This document shows, piece after piece, positions 37,774 to 51,400 of a stretch of 64,000 nucleotides of DNA. Positions within the stretch are counted from its first letter, which is position 1. Every line of letters starts with the position of its first letter. The stretch is from contig NC_042997.1 in assembly GCF_006345805.1 (NCBI RefSeq), positions 89,280,001 to 89,344,000 of the forward strand. The letters are read 5' to 3'. Made by a program: the position numbers and the translations under genes. The stretch is from Octopus sinensis. Lineage: Eukaryota. The notes below the pieces were generated by a model, which worked only from the letters and a program-made list of their open reading frames with translations, was not told where the DNA came from and made no database searches.

Positions 37774-40700
37774 TATTTAGAGATAGTAGTCCTCATCATC
37801 ACACCATATAAAAGAATTTTAATTTAATTACTTACTACTCATTTCTCTGCTACACATGTTTCTTGAGGTTCTTTTACGGTTCCTTAAGCACGCAGTGTTT
37901 TACAGGAACATTTAAAATGTAACCCCAATCATCAGGCCTTTAAATAACTTTATCATAGTTCGATGCCAAATACTATATTTTAATTTTAACAGATAAGTAT
38001 GCGTATGTGTAAATAGATTCGCCGGGCCTTACTGTGCAAGCCATAATTTAATTCAAATAAAATTAATAATAATAAAAAATACAAAACCTAAATTCTCACG
38101 TAACTTATGTCTGTAAACATTCATATAAAATTAATATGTAGTATTTGGTATCGAACTATGATAAAGTTATGTAGAGGACTGATGATTGGATGATATATAT
38201 ATATCTACATATATGTATATATACACACACATATTCATACTTGCGTACATATGCTCAAACACACACACATTATATGCATACATGTATGCATGCATGAATG
38301 AATGCAAACATACATAGTAAAATTTTATGAAAGTTGCTTCCTCACAAATTTATGACTGAATTTTGTGTCTTATTGATTCTCCATCTAGTGATGGAATTTT
38401 TCCTCTTTTATTTGGGTTGAAGACAAGTCCCACCTAATTTCAAATGCTGTCCTTTCTTTTCACAGGCTAAAAAAGTTGAAACGCGAACTTTAGATGGTGT
38501 TATAACAAGAAGATCAACTGATGGAGACAAGAGCCTCACTCAGAAATGTGCTGAAATAAATAGAGAAGTACAAAATCACTCGTTATTTTTTGGAAATTTA
38601 AATCAATGTAAATTACTTGCTTTTTGAGGATAATGATAAAGATCCTTCCTGATTCATATAGACTCTAGACTCATAGGACTGGTTTCCCAGTTTCTATAGC
38701 TTATATATTCCCCACTTGGATGGGATGCTGGTCTGTTGCAGGATTACTCACTTTTACCAGCTGAGTGGACTGGAGCAACGTGAAATGAAGTGTTTTACTC
38801 AAGAGGACAGTATGTTGCTCAGTCCAGGAATTGAAACCGCAATCCTCCTTTATCCTGCTTTTTGAGGGTTTTTTAAAGTTAATTTTGTAAATATTTTTAC
38901 CATTCTAGTAAAAATACTCAGCAAAAATACTCAGCAAAAATTTCTGATTCAGCCTGTTTGAGACAAATAAAATAATGTAGCCTTGCTTAAGGCCTAATAA
39001 CTGAAAGAAATATCTGCAAAATCTCTGTAATATTATATCCTACTACCTTGAAATAAGGAAGGACATACTGGATAATGTTTCCTGGGTGCACTATTCCTGA
39101 GAAAAAAAAATTAGATTGAATGGTCATTGTTGAAATGCTTTGGATCATAGGCTACTCAATCAATGCTGATCTTGGGCTAAGCAGGGACAACAAACATAGG
39201 TATATTGTTGAGCTATATACTCTCTTTGCTTTTTCTATTACTGTTTCAATAACTTCTATTTCTCTTAGTCAGCCAATTCTATCTTCTACTTATTTTAGTT
39301 CCTTCTGCTACTATATCCACATTTGGTATGATATAAAGATTGCTTTTTCATACTACTGCTTTCATTGCTAATATTTATTTTTCAATAATCTTATGGCTGT
39401 TTGCAACTCAGTGACTGAAAAGCCACTATTATTCTATATGTCATTGGCAGTGAGATTTGGATGGTATGCAGGGCTGGATACCTACCATTGAGGAAGTGCA
39501 GTATGCTGAAGTCACATGATATGGCAGTTTCAACACCCATACCAGATGGTTCTCATCTGCTATGATATATACCTGTGCTTTTAGAACCATGCTAAAAGGA
39601 TCTCTCTCAAGGGAAATATCGCAGTATTTAGTGCCTTAATCATACATTCATGTTTAGTAGAATATAAAGATTGCTTTTGGTATCAATACTGCTTCTGTTG
39701 TTCATATTTATATCTTACATATCTATCTGTCCGTTTGTCCTTCCCTCTCTTCACAATTACCCCTTGACCTCACTTTTCCACATCTTTCATCTTATTTGTC
39801 TGCAGTTTTATAGCCTAGTGACATATTATTTTCCTCTCTTTCTGAAGAAGGATGCATTTGAAATGTTGAACTTATCTTCTTTATGGTATAAAGCATATTT
39901 AATTGTTTGAACTATGTATGACTTGTTAATGCAGAATATCACTAGTTGCCTCACATTTCAGCTTATCATGTTTTTGTTTAATTTCTTTCTCTTTAGATGA
40001 TTATTTCTTTGGGTGTCTCAAAAGCAGTATTAGAAAATGTCATTTTCTGTCACCAAGAAGAGGCTAACTGGTACGTATAATTAAACACATTATCATCATT
40101 AAACTACTACCACCTTAAAATTTATTGTTTTCTGTGCTAGTAAATTTACAGTTGCATATCTTAGTTATTACTATCTTGTGCCATTTTGCTTGCTTGGGAG
40201 TCCTAGCTTTCTAAGGATTTAATATCAATTAAATTTCTTCCCTTTCTTTGTTCATTTAGATTTTGTTTTGAAATACCTGTATTTTTCTCATTCTATTTTA
40301 CCAAGGTTTATTTTGTAAACAACAAAAGCTCTGATATTACACTGCTCTCAGTATATCAGAACCTTTTAGTATCAAATGGAGAGACAGCAGTGTTTTCCAT
40401 AGATAAGGTTCTCTTTTGCTTTTAAGAGTATCTTATGAATTCCTCCATGCAACTAGATCATTTCATTGAGAAAGCAGATAAGCTAAAATAGAGAGGATTG
40501 TGGTTTAGAACATTCTTGTGTTCTAATGGTGGAGTCTTGCTCACTCGTATCTGTGTAATGTATGTCAAGACTCATATAAAATCTCATAGGCAAGCAAACA
40601 TTAAGTCATGAGACCTGTCCTGTTCAGTGTATGTGGTGGAAAATGAAAAAGTGCGTACATGTTTCTTGTTCTTGTAAATATGATTATTAGAGATGTTGTC

Positions 40701-43018
40701 TTCTTTTTTGAAGCTCAAAATTAAATGCAAAGAGTAGGATACATTGAGTATGTGCTTTTGCAACAGTAGATACAAGAGACCATTTAAGATGCCTACCATA
40801 TAAATCTATAGTTTTATAGCTAAAATTTCTTCCTCTGTACAAAAGCAGGTTATATGAAGTGTAAGAAGTGTCTGGTATTGTATGGATATTAAAAGAGATT
40901 GTGTTAAAAAGGCTGGTGGTAGTAAATTGGTTGTGGTTTGGAACATTTCTTTTCCTGAACTTATTGTCATGAATCAGAACTTGCTGGTTATGTACTGACA
41001 TAAACTTCCAAAGAAGCTCAATTCTTTGTTAAAAAGCTATGAAGTTAAAGACATGCATACATTATCTTTATTGATATAATCTGGGTACATTTTATTTGGC
41101 ATTGAAGTTAAGATATTAGATAATTGAACACAAACAAGAACTTTCTTATTCAGAGCATGAGCTGTAAGATATATATCCCAAATAAGTTACAATGCTACTT
41201 CACATATGAGTAATTCTCAGCAGAGTGACCATCCAATTGTAAAACATATGCTCTAAAAGATCATACTCAATTATTTCTTTGTATTTTCACACAACATCCT
41301 ATTATGTCTAACATGGAAAAATGAATGTAAAACAGAATTATATTTTCAAAATGCAAGTTTAGTACATCTTTTGTGCATTCTTTTTACCCTTTTATAGGCC
41401 ACTGAGTGAAGGAAAAGTTTTAAAAGAGAAATTTGATGCTATATTTGCTTCAACTCGCTATGTCAAAGCCTTAGAATCAATTCGTAAATATAAACAAGTA
41501 CAAGTAAGAATGATTTTTATTGTTAACTATCAGCTTTATTAATCAAAATAAACTACCTTCAAAATTCTGAAAGTCTCATTAGGACTTGTGAGGAAGACTA
41601 GTATATGACATTAACTCTTTCGTTACTGTATTTCTAACCAAAATGCACCTCTTACATATTTCAATTAAATTCTAAAATAATCAAGAATTAAGACAAGTTT
41701 CATAAACAATTATAATTTTGACATTACTTACATTTGGCAGATATTTTGTCCTCTTCTTGTTTGTTGTTAACACAACATTTTGGCTGATATACCCTCCAGC
41801 CTTCATCAGGTGTCTTGGGGAAATTTCGAACCTGGGTTCTCATTCCTAAAGTATTTTTCGATGTTATTATTATCATCATTATTATTATTCAGGTCACTGC
41901 TTGGAATCGAACTCGGAATCTCAAATTAGTGGCCCGTGCTCTTCACCCCAAGATTCTGAGTTTGATTCCAAGCAGTGACCTGAATAATAATAATAATAAT
42001 AACATCGAAAAATACCTAAGGAACAAGAACCCCAGTTCGAAATTTCCCCAAGACACCTGATGAAGGCTGGAGGGTATATCAGCCGAAACGTGTTAACAAC
42101 ATGATGAGGACAAATATCCGTCAAATGTAAATAATGTACATAATTCCTCATCTCTTAAATATTGAACTGTAACTCTAATTTTTTATATTTATCAACACAA
42201 TGTAATTTTTGGCTCCTGTGCCAATGGCACATAAAAAGCACCAACCGAACATGGCCAATGCCAGTACTCCCACACTGGCTCCCGTGCCAGTGGAATGTAA
42301 AAAACACCATCTAAACGTGGTCGATGCCAGGTCTGCCTGACTGGTTCCCATGTCGGTGGAACATAAAAAACACCCACTGATCATGGCTAATGCCAGTACC
42401 TGCTGACTGGCTCTTATGTCGGTGGCACATAGAAAGCACCATCCAAACAGGATCGATGCCAGGCCCATCTGACTGGCTCCTGTACCAGTGGCATGTAAAA
42501 AGCACCCACTACACTTTTGGAGTAGTTGATATTAGGAAGGGCATCCAGCTGTAGAAACATTGCCAGATCAGATTGGAGCCCTGTGCAGCCGCTGGCTCTC
42601 CAGATCTCAGTCAAACTGTTCAACCCATGCCAGCATGGAAAACAGACATTAAACGATGATGATGACAATAGGTATTTAAATTGTCTTCAAGCATCAGCAT
42701 GGAAAATGAGTTATTAGATAATAGTTGATTGAGTATACAACAAAATTTTAATATAAAAAATTGTGCAAATTGTGGATTATCTATCAGTTGAAATTAATGG
42801 ACATAATATAGGTGTAAAGTAAAGGTAAAACAACAAAATATTGGAATTTATTTTTGAAGGAAACTAAGAAATAAAATACCACCAATTAAATGAAATAAAC
42901 TCACATATATACATATAATGATTCACAATACAAATTAATCAAAATTTATCCTGCATCTTACAAGTAGATAAAAACAAGGTAAATTTTTAAAAAATATTTA
43001 TAAATCTAATTTATATCC

Positions 43019-43057
<39 letters not shown>

Positions 43058-46000
43058 TAAACTATATATATATAAAAACTATATATATAAAGTTATTAAT
43101 GAGGGATTACCAACTGGAACAAATACGTTATAAGTTCTCTGTTACTACACCAGGCTATCAATATTGTTTAAATTAGTAAAGAACTCCGTGTATTTTTATG
43201 ACAGGGACTGAAGTTATAGTTCAATACCATTCTATATTGTAGATCCATGGTTGTGTTCCAGTTATACTGGCTTTTACCCAGATTAATATACAGGACAAGG
43301 CATTAACAACTGTCATTACATATTTTCCTTTATAGTAGTAAATTTGACTTACAGTTGTTTTCAGTAATGATAGGTATTGTTATTGATTTGGCCCATTGAT
43401 TGGTTGAGAAAAATTGAATCACCTAGAAAATTAATGCTACTTTCGTCAGTCATTTCTGAAAGAAATGGTATAGGTATGGGGAAGGGAGTGAATAGAGGCA
43501 ATAAGAAGAGAGATAGAGAGGAAGAGGGAGAGAAGTGATGATTGAGAAAAGAAGAACTAAGGGGAAGAGAGGAAGGAATAAAAAGAAGAGGGGAGGCATT
43601 CGATAGAAAAAGGAAGAGGATGGTCAAAATTAATGCTTGTAATTGGGTCATTACACACAAAGCATTTGCATCGTTTTCAGGTTAAATACTATCTGGATAT
43701 TGTGTTGAAATTTGATATGTAGCTAGCCAACTTAGAGGGCTTTACGTTTATTGATGTACTGAAAAGATAGGTGGTTTGCATAATGTCTTTTGAAAACACC
43801 ATTGCATAACCCAGTATAATTTTTATTTTCAGTTAGGTTGAATTTTGAAGTGTTGCTGTGACTTCTACCTCATATATGTCAGAGTTTATCATACATGCCT
43901 GGTCAATAGAGCAAGCTTCAAGTTCTTGACAGTTACAATTGAGAGTGGGCTCTTGGTGATGCTTACAAGTAATAATGTTCTTCATATTGGGGCAGCATAA
44001 TTTGTGTGTCGTTAAAAATCTTCTTGTATTTATGGTTTACTGGGAAATGCTTATATAAAAGACAGGAATTTCTTGTCTACATTAGTTTTAACGTTAAAGG
44101 AAAACGGGGAATGAACCATATTATTTTTCTAGGTCTATTTTTATGATTCATATTTTTACTTGGAGGGTTGTAATATGTGTTATCTTTGAAGCTGCTGTTA
44201 GCTAAGGTATTGTTATAGTAGGAGGCTGCCTTATTAACTATTTCTTTAGAAGAAGAGTGATTAGATATCCTATTACTAATGTTAGCTATCAGGTTTTTAA
44301 ACACTATAGTAGGGTGTATGTGGGAGAGTTTCTTGTTTGGCTTATGATATGGTTTATAAGAGCAGGAGTTTAGATCTAGGGAAACATCTAAAAAATGTGC
44401 TTTTGACAGATTAGTATTTACAGTGATTTTGAGGCCTAATTGACTAAAGGTATTAAGAGCAATGTGAGATGAAATGTTTTGCACTTTATTCAAGAACACA
44501 ATGCAATCACCCTGTTTGGAATTATTGAACCCACAATTTCGCAATCATGAGTGCAGCACCCAAACCGCTGGGCCATATGCCCATATATACAATTAAAATT
44601 AACACTAATCATAAAGACACACTGGGCATCTAACCTGTTTAGAATAGGAGTCAAACTGATGCTTTTTGAATGAAATGCACTAAGATAGACACTTTCTAGC
44701 CATTTTCTCCAAAGAAACGCACTGAGCCAGTGATTAATCATCCAAACATTATTTTCTCTTAAATCCTATTGGCAGTGAGTTAATCCTTTCAAGTCTCTAT
44801 TATTTGGTAGCAATATCTTATGGCTAATATATATATGGACTGCACTAATTATAAATGATTAGTTAATCTACTCTGTACAACAGTTAAGAACAGCTACTGC
44901 CTGACTATTTTAATTGTAAACATGTGAGCCTTTGACAGTCCATCACTGATAATTGCAAAGAATAATCTGTACTATATACAATGCATTGTAAAGAGAGTTG
45001 CTAACAGGAAAGACATCTGGTTATAAAACACTGTTTTAAAAAGAGAACCATGACGAGTATGATTAGAAAACATCCATTAGTGCCTGTTAGGCTGCTTTAA
45101 AAGGTAAAAATAGCCTGAAAACATTTGCTATTGCATTGAGTCAAGAATAAGAGATGATGATCTGTATTGCTGTTTCAATTATCTTGCTGCTGATCACATT
45201 TTGAACCCCTGCTTTTGCTGATTTATAAAATAAATTGTGATAAATCTCGTGTTTAATTCTCTCAGGATGGTTCCATAAAAGAAAAGAAAACGGATCTAAA
45301 GTATCTGAAAGAACACAAAGAAAAAGTCACACAAGTAAGTTTAAAACTTCTTCTTTGTTTATTATTATTATGCTTTTAGTAGGTGTTGTATCTTTTGCTT
45401 AAAGGAATATATTTCATTTCTTCATTCAAAGTTGATCATTTGCTTGTTGGAGTTTCTTGTTATGTGAAATTTTTCAGGTGATAAAAGGAATAATCTTTTT
45501 GTTATCAGAATGATTGTACATAGTGAGAAATACTGTAAATCATCAGCTTTGAACAATTAAATAAACTTCAATGTATATATGAGTACTCTTGTTTGTACAT
45601 CTAAATGTGTTTGTTTATTTGTGTGTATATTGTGTGTTTTTGCATGTCCATTGATGGTAAGTAGTGGCAAAAATGTATCAAAAGTGGTTTTATAGTGTAA
45701 ATTATTTAATTTAGTTAGCTGAAACAATATGACTGAAATGTCGAGTGTCTACAAACAAAGCTGTATCTTATTTTGAATCAAAATAGCTAACTGAAGAAAA
45801 AATGTAGCAGTATTTGTTGAAAAGTTTCAGCCAGTTTGGTTTTGGCTGACTGAAATAAATTACATTCATTCCTCTCCTTGTTTTCTATCTTGCAAGTTAC
45901 TTGGCAACTTTACTAATGCTGGTTGGCACAAAAAAAAGCACCCAGTACACTGTGGAGTGGTTGATATTAAGAAGGACATCCTGTTGTAGAAACCATGCCG

Positions 46001-48406
46001 AAGCTGACATTGGAGCCTAAAGTGGCCTCACAACTCACTGGATTCTGTCAAACTGTCCACCCATGCAAGCATGGAAAGTGAATGCTAAATTGTGATGATG
46101 ATTATACTTATATTTGATTTAATCAACTTTTAGCAACTTCTGTATTTGCAAATATTTTTGTTGTTCCTTGTACAAGTTTCAGCATTATCATCATTACCAT
46201 CACTGCTGCTATTTATATTGTTTGTACATCTGCTTTTCCATGCTGGCATGGGTTGTATTCTTTGTTATATTTGGAATAACATCTCATAGGTGTGTGTGAC
46301 CTTTTGTTTGTATCAGTATTTATGTTTATGAAAAACTGATATTGTGTCAAAATTGATTTGGCAAAAATAGTTTGATATGCACCAAACTAAAATAAGTAGT
46401 TTATGATCAGCTAAATTCAAAAGGTGGATTCATCTTATGGCCTCAGGTCAGTAACTGAAAATGTTAAAATTTCTGAATACAAGGGTATCATCATTATCAA
46501 CATTTAACGTCTTGTTTTCTATGTTGGCATGGGTTGGACAGCTTGAAAGGAACTAGCAAGACCAGGGGCTGCTCCTGGTTTCATACTCTGTTTTGGTTTG
46601 GTTTCTACAGCTTTACTAGTCCTACCTGGGTCCCCAATCTTCCCACAACAACCACAATAAGGTACAAAGTATAGCAAACAGTGCACTAAGTGTAATATGT
46701 TGTACACAAGTGGAGTTCTGTATGCAATAGGGATGATGGTAGTTTCCAAAAGCTAAAGAATTGCCTGAAAATATTCTTATGTTTAGTTAAATTTATTAAT
46801 TGATTACCTTTTTATGTTTTTATTTTTTTGTTTTTAGTTAGAAAATAACAAATCAGAACTGGAAAGTAAGTATGCAGCTTCCAAGGATTCGGTGAAGAAA
46901 ATGATGGAAGAGCTAGAACCAATTAAAGTAAGTGTTTTATTTATTTATTTATTTATTTTAATTATTTTACATTTTCTGATTAGAAGTTTCAGGCGAAGAA
47001 ATTTGTTTTGCAATTAAGTGGTTTTTCAGTTCAATCCTATTGTATGATATTTTAAGCAAGTGCCTTTACCATTTCTTGGGATTGACTCAAGCCATGTGAG
47101 TAAATTTTGGTTGATAGAAACTGTAGAGAAGCGCATTGGATGGATCATATCTGATTTTGGTGATATACTTAGCCCTTTAGCATTCAGCTTACTCCGTCAA
47201 ATTTAATGCTTATTTATTCACTTTGTTTTGAATTAATCATTTATTATCTTGTAGCTTTGAGATTTTGATAGCGCAATTGTATATTTTTAGAATGACATTG
47301 TAGAGTAGTTGTGATAGGTTGGATCTGGTCAGTTTGAACATAAAACATGGTAGAATATTTGGGCCAGATATGGCCAGTTTTAATGCTAAAGGGTTAAACC
47401 ATTGTCTGATTTAACTCCTGTACCATGCCCTTGGATACCTATAACTATGTTCACTCTCTGCAAGCATTAGGACCAGGTTTTTAGTCTAAGAACGACCCAT
47501 GAGGTGGGCTTTCTTTCTCTCTTTTTACTGTTTTGGATGATCTTCAAAAAAAGTTTTTGACTCTGTCCTTCCTTCTTAAACTACCATAGTTTCTCAAGCA
47601 CAAAGTCATCTTAAGTATAATACAATCTTCAGTTTTTGAACTTAAAAACCTGCAATATATTTTATCCTATTACCTTTTTTATGTGAGTATAACTTATCAC
47701 CCTTTAATTTTGACCCTGATATTTTGTGTTGAATTTTTCACATTGTAACATGTAAATATAATAAACCATAAAAATATATCCATGTATTTTTGAACTTTTG
47801 ACAATGGAAGTTAATGGTCATATGCATTTGCCTCGTTGAATTCCAGCTGTAGGATTCACTATGTATGACAGTGGAACCTTGGTTTGTGAACACCTCTCAT
47901 CATAAACAAATCAGCTTATGAACAATTTTTCAAACATAAAAATGTCTTGGGTGATGAATGGTGTCTTGAGTAACAAACATACAAGCCAGCAACAACAGTT
48001 GACAATGCACTGGGAATATCAGTGGGAGAGTGTGAGTTACTGTCTAGCTTTCTCTCAATGCACATCATTGCTTGAATTTGCTATGATTTCTCTTGAGTTT
48101 CCTATGGGAAAAATAGTTTTGGTTTACCAATATTTTAGATGGTGAACAACCGTCAGGAATGAATTAAATTTGTAAACAAGGTTCCACTGTATTTGGGCAG
48201 CACATTTAATTCTATATCTTTTAGATTTTTCATCCTAATTATCAGTGCAGATGTGGCTGTGTGGTAAGAAGCTTACTGTCTAAGCATGTGGTTTTGGGTT
48301 CAGTCTAACTGCGTGATACCTTGGACGAGTGTCTTCTGCTATGGCTCCAGCCAGGCTGTGAGTGGATTTGGTAGATGAAAACTGAAAGAATACCTTTGTA
48401 TGTATG

Positions 48407-48462
<56 letters not shown>

Positions 48463-51400
48463 GCATGCATAAATGTGTGTGTTCATGCATATGTATTACT
48501 CTCTACTTGCTCTGTCCTTCATTTCCAATTTTCTGTGAAAACATGTCTGATCATGTGGAAATATTACCTTACTTGGAAACAGGTGAGGGTTGGTAACAAA
48601 AATAAAAATCCACCTGACCTGTGCAAGCATGGAAAAGTAGATATCGAGATGACAATGATGAATATGTATTAGATTGCTTGAGAAAGTTACACGAGATAGA
48701 TTTCAGTTTTATCACATAAGTGATTTATCTATGTGATATTGATCCTCTCTATAGGTTACTTATAAAATTTGTATAATATTTTCAGGAGAAAATCCATAGC
48801 ATCAATGTACGCTCTGAAGAAATGTACAAACTAAAGAATGACATTGGTAGGTTTTCAGATATATTTGAGAATTTAGTTTTATGTTCTCATATTTCATATG
48901 CAATTATTACTCATCTGATTTGGTAAATTCATCAGTGTTGTCAAGCTACCATTGTCCAAGTATACTTGGAGATTAGCTTATAAGTTAAAAATTTACTTTC
49001 AAAATGCTTTTTTTTATTACACCTTCTTTCCCCCATTTAAGATGACGGCTGTAATTTATACTTATCTATAATTTTTTCTTTTACATATTATTTTTACTTT
49101 ATTATCATTATCATTGTTTTAATGTCCACCTTCTCTCATGCTTGCATGGGTCAAGCAGAATTTATTGAGGCTGACAGAAACTGATCAAAGCCTGTTATTT
49201 GTATGTGTGTGTGCTTGTTATGATGCTCACATGTAAGTCAGCATCACCATCATACAATAATGTTTGGTTCCAGTCTTTTTTGAAAAACATATCTGGCCAT
49301 AGGAAATATGTTGTTTGGCAACAGGAAGGACATCTGGCTATAGAAAATCTGCCACCACAAATTTCGTCTGGCCCATTCAAGCCTGGAAAATGATGGTTAT
49401 TTGAGCATCAGACAAATACTGCGTAATTGTCCTTGCCCTATGCATTCTGAATTCAAATCCTACTGAGATTCATAAAGTTTGGGACTGCATTGTTAAATGT
49501 ATCCCTCTTTTTCTGGGGTGGATGTGATTTGAGAGAGATTTGGCTGCTAATTCTAGTAAGTTACACAGTTACATAAAAGTTTATTGTTTTTAGTATTTTT
49601 GTAAAATAATATTCCAAGTTGTTCAAGATGCAGGAAAAAGGGGAAAAAAAGACTTGATTTTTATTTCTGGTTCCATTTTTAGAGGTTGTCCGAACTGAAA
49701 GAAAGCAGTTACAGATATCTGTTGAGGAATTAAGAAAAAATATTGAAACTGAATTTGAAGGTAAGTTCATAATATCTCGAGGTCAGTTCGAATCAAGCAA
49801 CCTTGTATTCATGGCTGTTCCAGTCATTACTATTTTATCATAATTTCGGGCATTGTGTATCTAGAACTATATTGTCCAATGTGTTCTTTCTGTTAAAGAT
49901 GGTGTGGTGTCATTTGAGGGATATTCCTTATATGACTTCTAGTAGGGTGGAAGATCATATGGAAGCTTCTTCATTGGCTTGACTTGGTTTAGTTGTTATA
50001 CATGTTGTAATGTTTATCCAATTACAGAAACTGTGTGTGATAGCTACAGATACAATTTTGAAAGCCATAGGTGCATTTTGTGATGTTTTGAGGTGTCTCT
50101 TCTAATATGAAGGAACATACATTAACAATGAGTTCTCAACACTTCTTTAAAATCTTCATGCAATATCAATGAAATAAATAGATCTTATTTCTAATAGTAA
50201 TGTATGTAGCATAAATGTTATTAAGCCTTTAGCATTTAAACCAGCCATATCCAACCCAAATATTCCACCACTTTCATGTTGAAAGTGGCCAGATCTGGCC
50301 TCTCACATCAACCCTACAATATCATTCTAAAAATAAACAGTTACATCATAGAAGTCTCAATTTTATGAGATAATACATGATTAATTCAAAACAATGGGAT
50401 TAAATAAGCATTATGTTTGACAGAGTAATGTGAATGCTAAAAGGTTAATATCTGAATTTGTGGCAATGGTGTTTGATTTTCTCATAAGTCCAACACCTCT
50501 TATTGTGACTCTAATTAGATTTTAATGCAATGCATGGATCTTATTGTGACAGTAGAGTTTTAAGGAGCTTTGATTACTATTTCTAGTAGTTAGGGCAGCC
50601 ATGTTGAGGATTCCTTATTCATTCACTATAAGCTTGCTTCTTGTAAAATGAGTAGTTACCGATATAACTATGAAATATGCTCATCTTACTATAACTCATC
50701 TTACACAGCTGACAAACATACTTTACTTAGTTTTCTTGATTGAATGAGTAACAGGAGCAATGATGTCCAGTTGCTGTTTCATGCTCTTGCATGATGAAGG
50801 TTAGTGGTTCCAGAGACATCATCATGCTTAGAGCTAACCAGGTCCACCAGTGCTCTCCATCACTGGTGATTCTGTGTCAGCTCTGGAGTGTGTGTGTGTG
50901 TGCAAGTGTACGTGTGTGTGTATGCGGCGTGCGTATATGCGTATAAGCATGTATCTTTGTGTAAGTATATGTATACTTGTCTATGTGTGCGTGTGTATGT
51001 ATATTTACTTCTATATGCAGGCGCGCTTGTATATGCAAGTGTTTGTATGCGTGTGGGATCTTTTCCTTTTGATATTTAAGAGATATGGCTGTTATTTCTA
51101 GCACATGCCTCCTCGTTTGTTTATCAATATCGATAACGCAGCAAATGATTTGAGCTCAAAAGAGAGCATACGATTGGTTAAAATTCGAAGAATTAAACTA
51201 CGTTAAACTTACAAATTACAAATTTATCAAAAAAGCCAAGTGAAAATAATGTTTTCTTTTCACACATTCTACCAGTATACGAAGTTTCAAATTGTTTAGT
51301 TAACTAGAAATTGTGTTGAATTCCGTCCATCAAAAGGAAAAGATCCATAGAGAGCTGATGCATTGTAGATGTGGAGCCTCATCTTCTGTTAACTTACTTT

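Noticed and set aside
42208-42510. CRISPR-like array (conserved core with variable spacers), also at about 10130-10400
   Set aside because: The units are wholly homologous ~66-bp tandem repeats inside an RTE 3' UTR, the spacers are related to each other, there are no cas genes, and the context is eukaryotic
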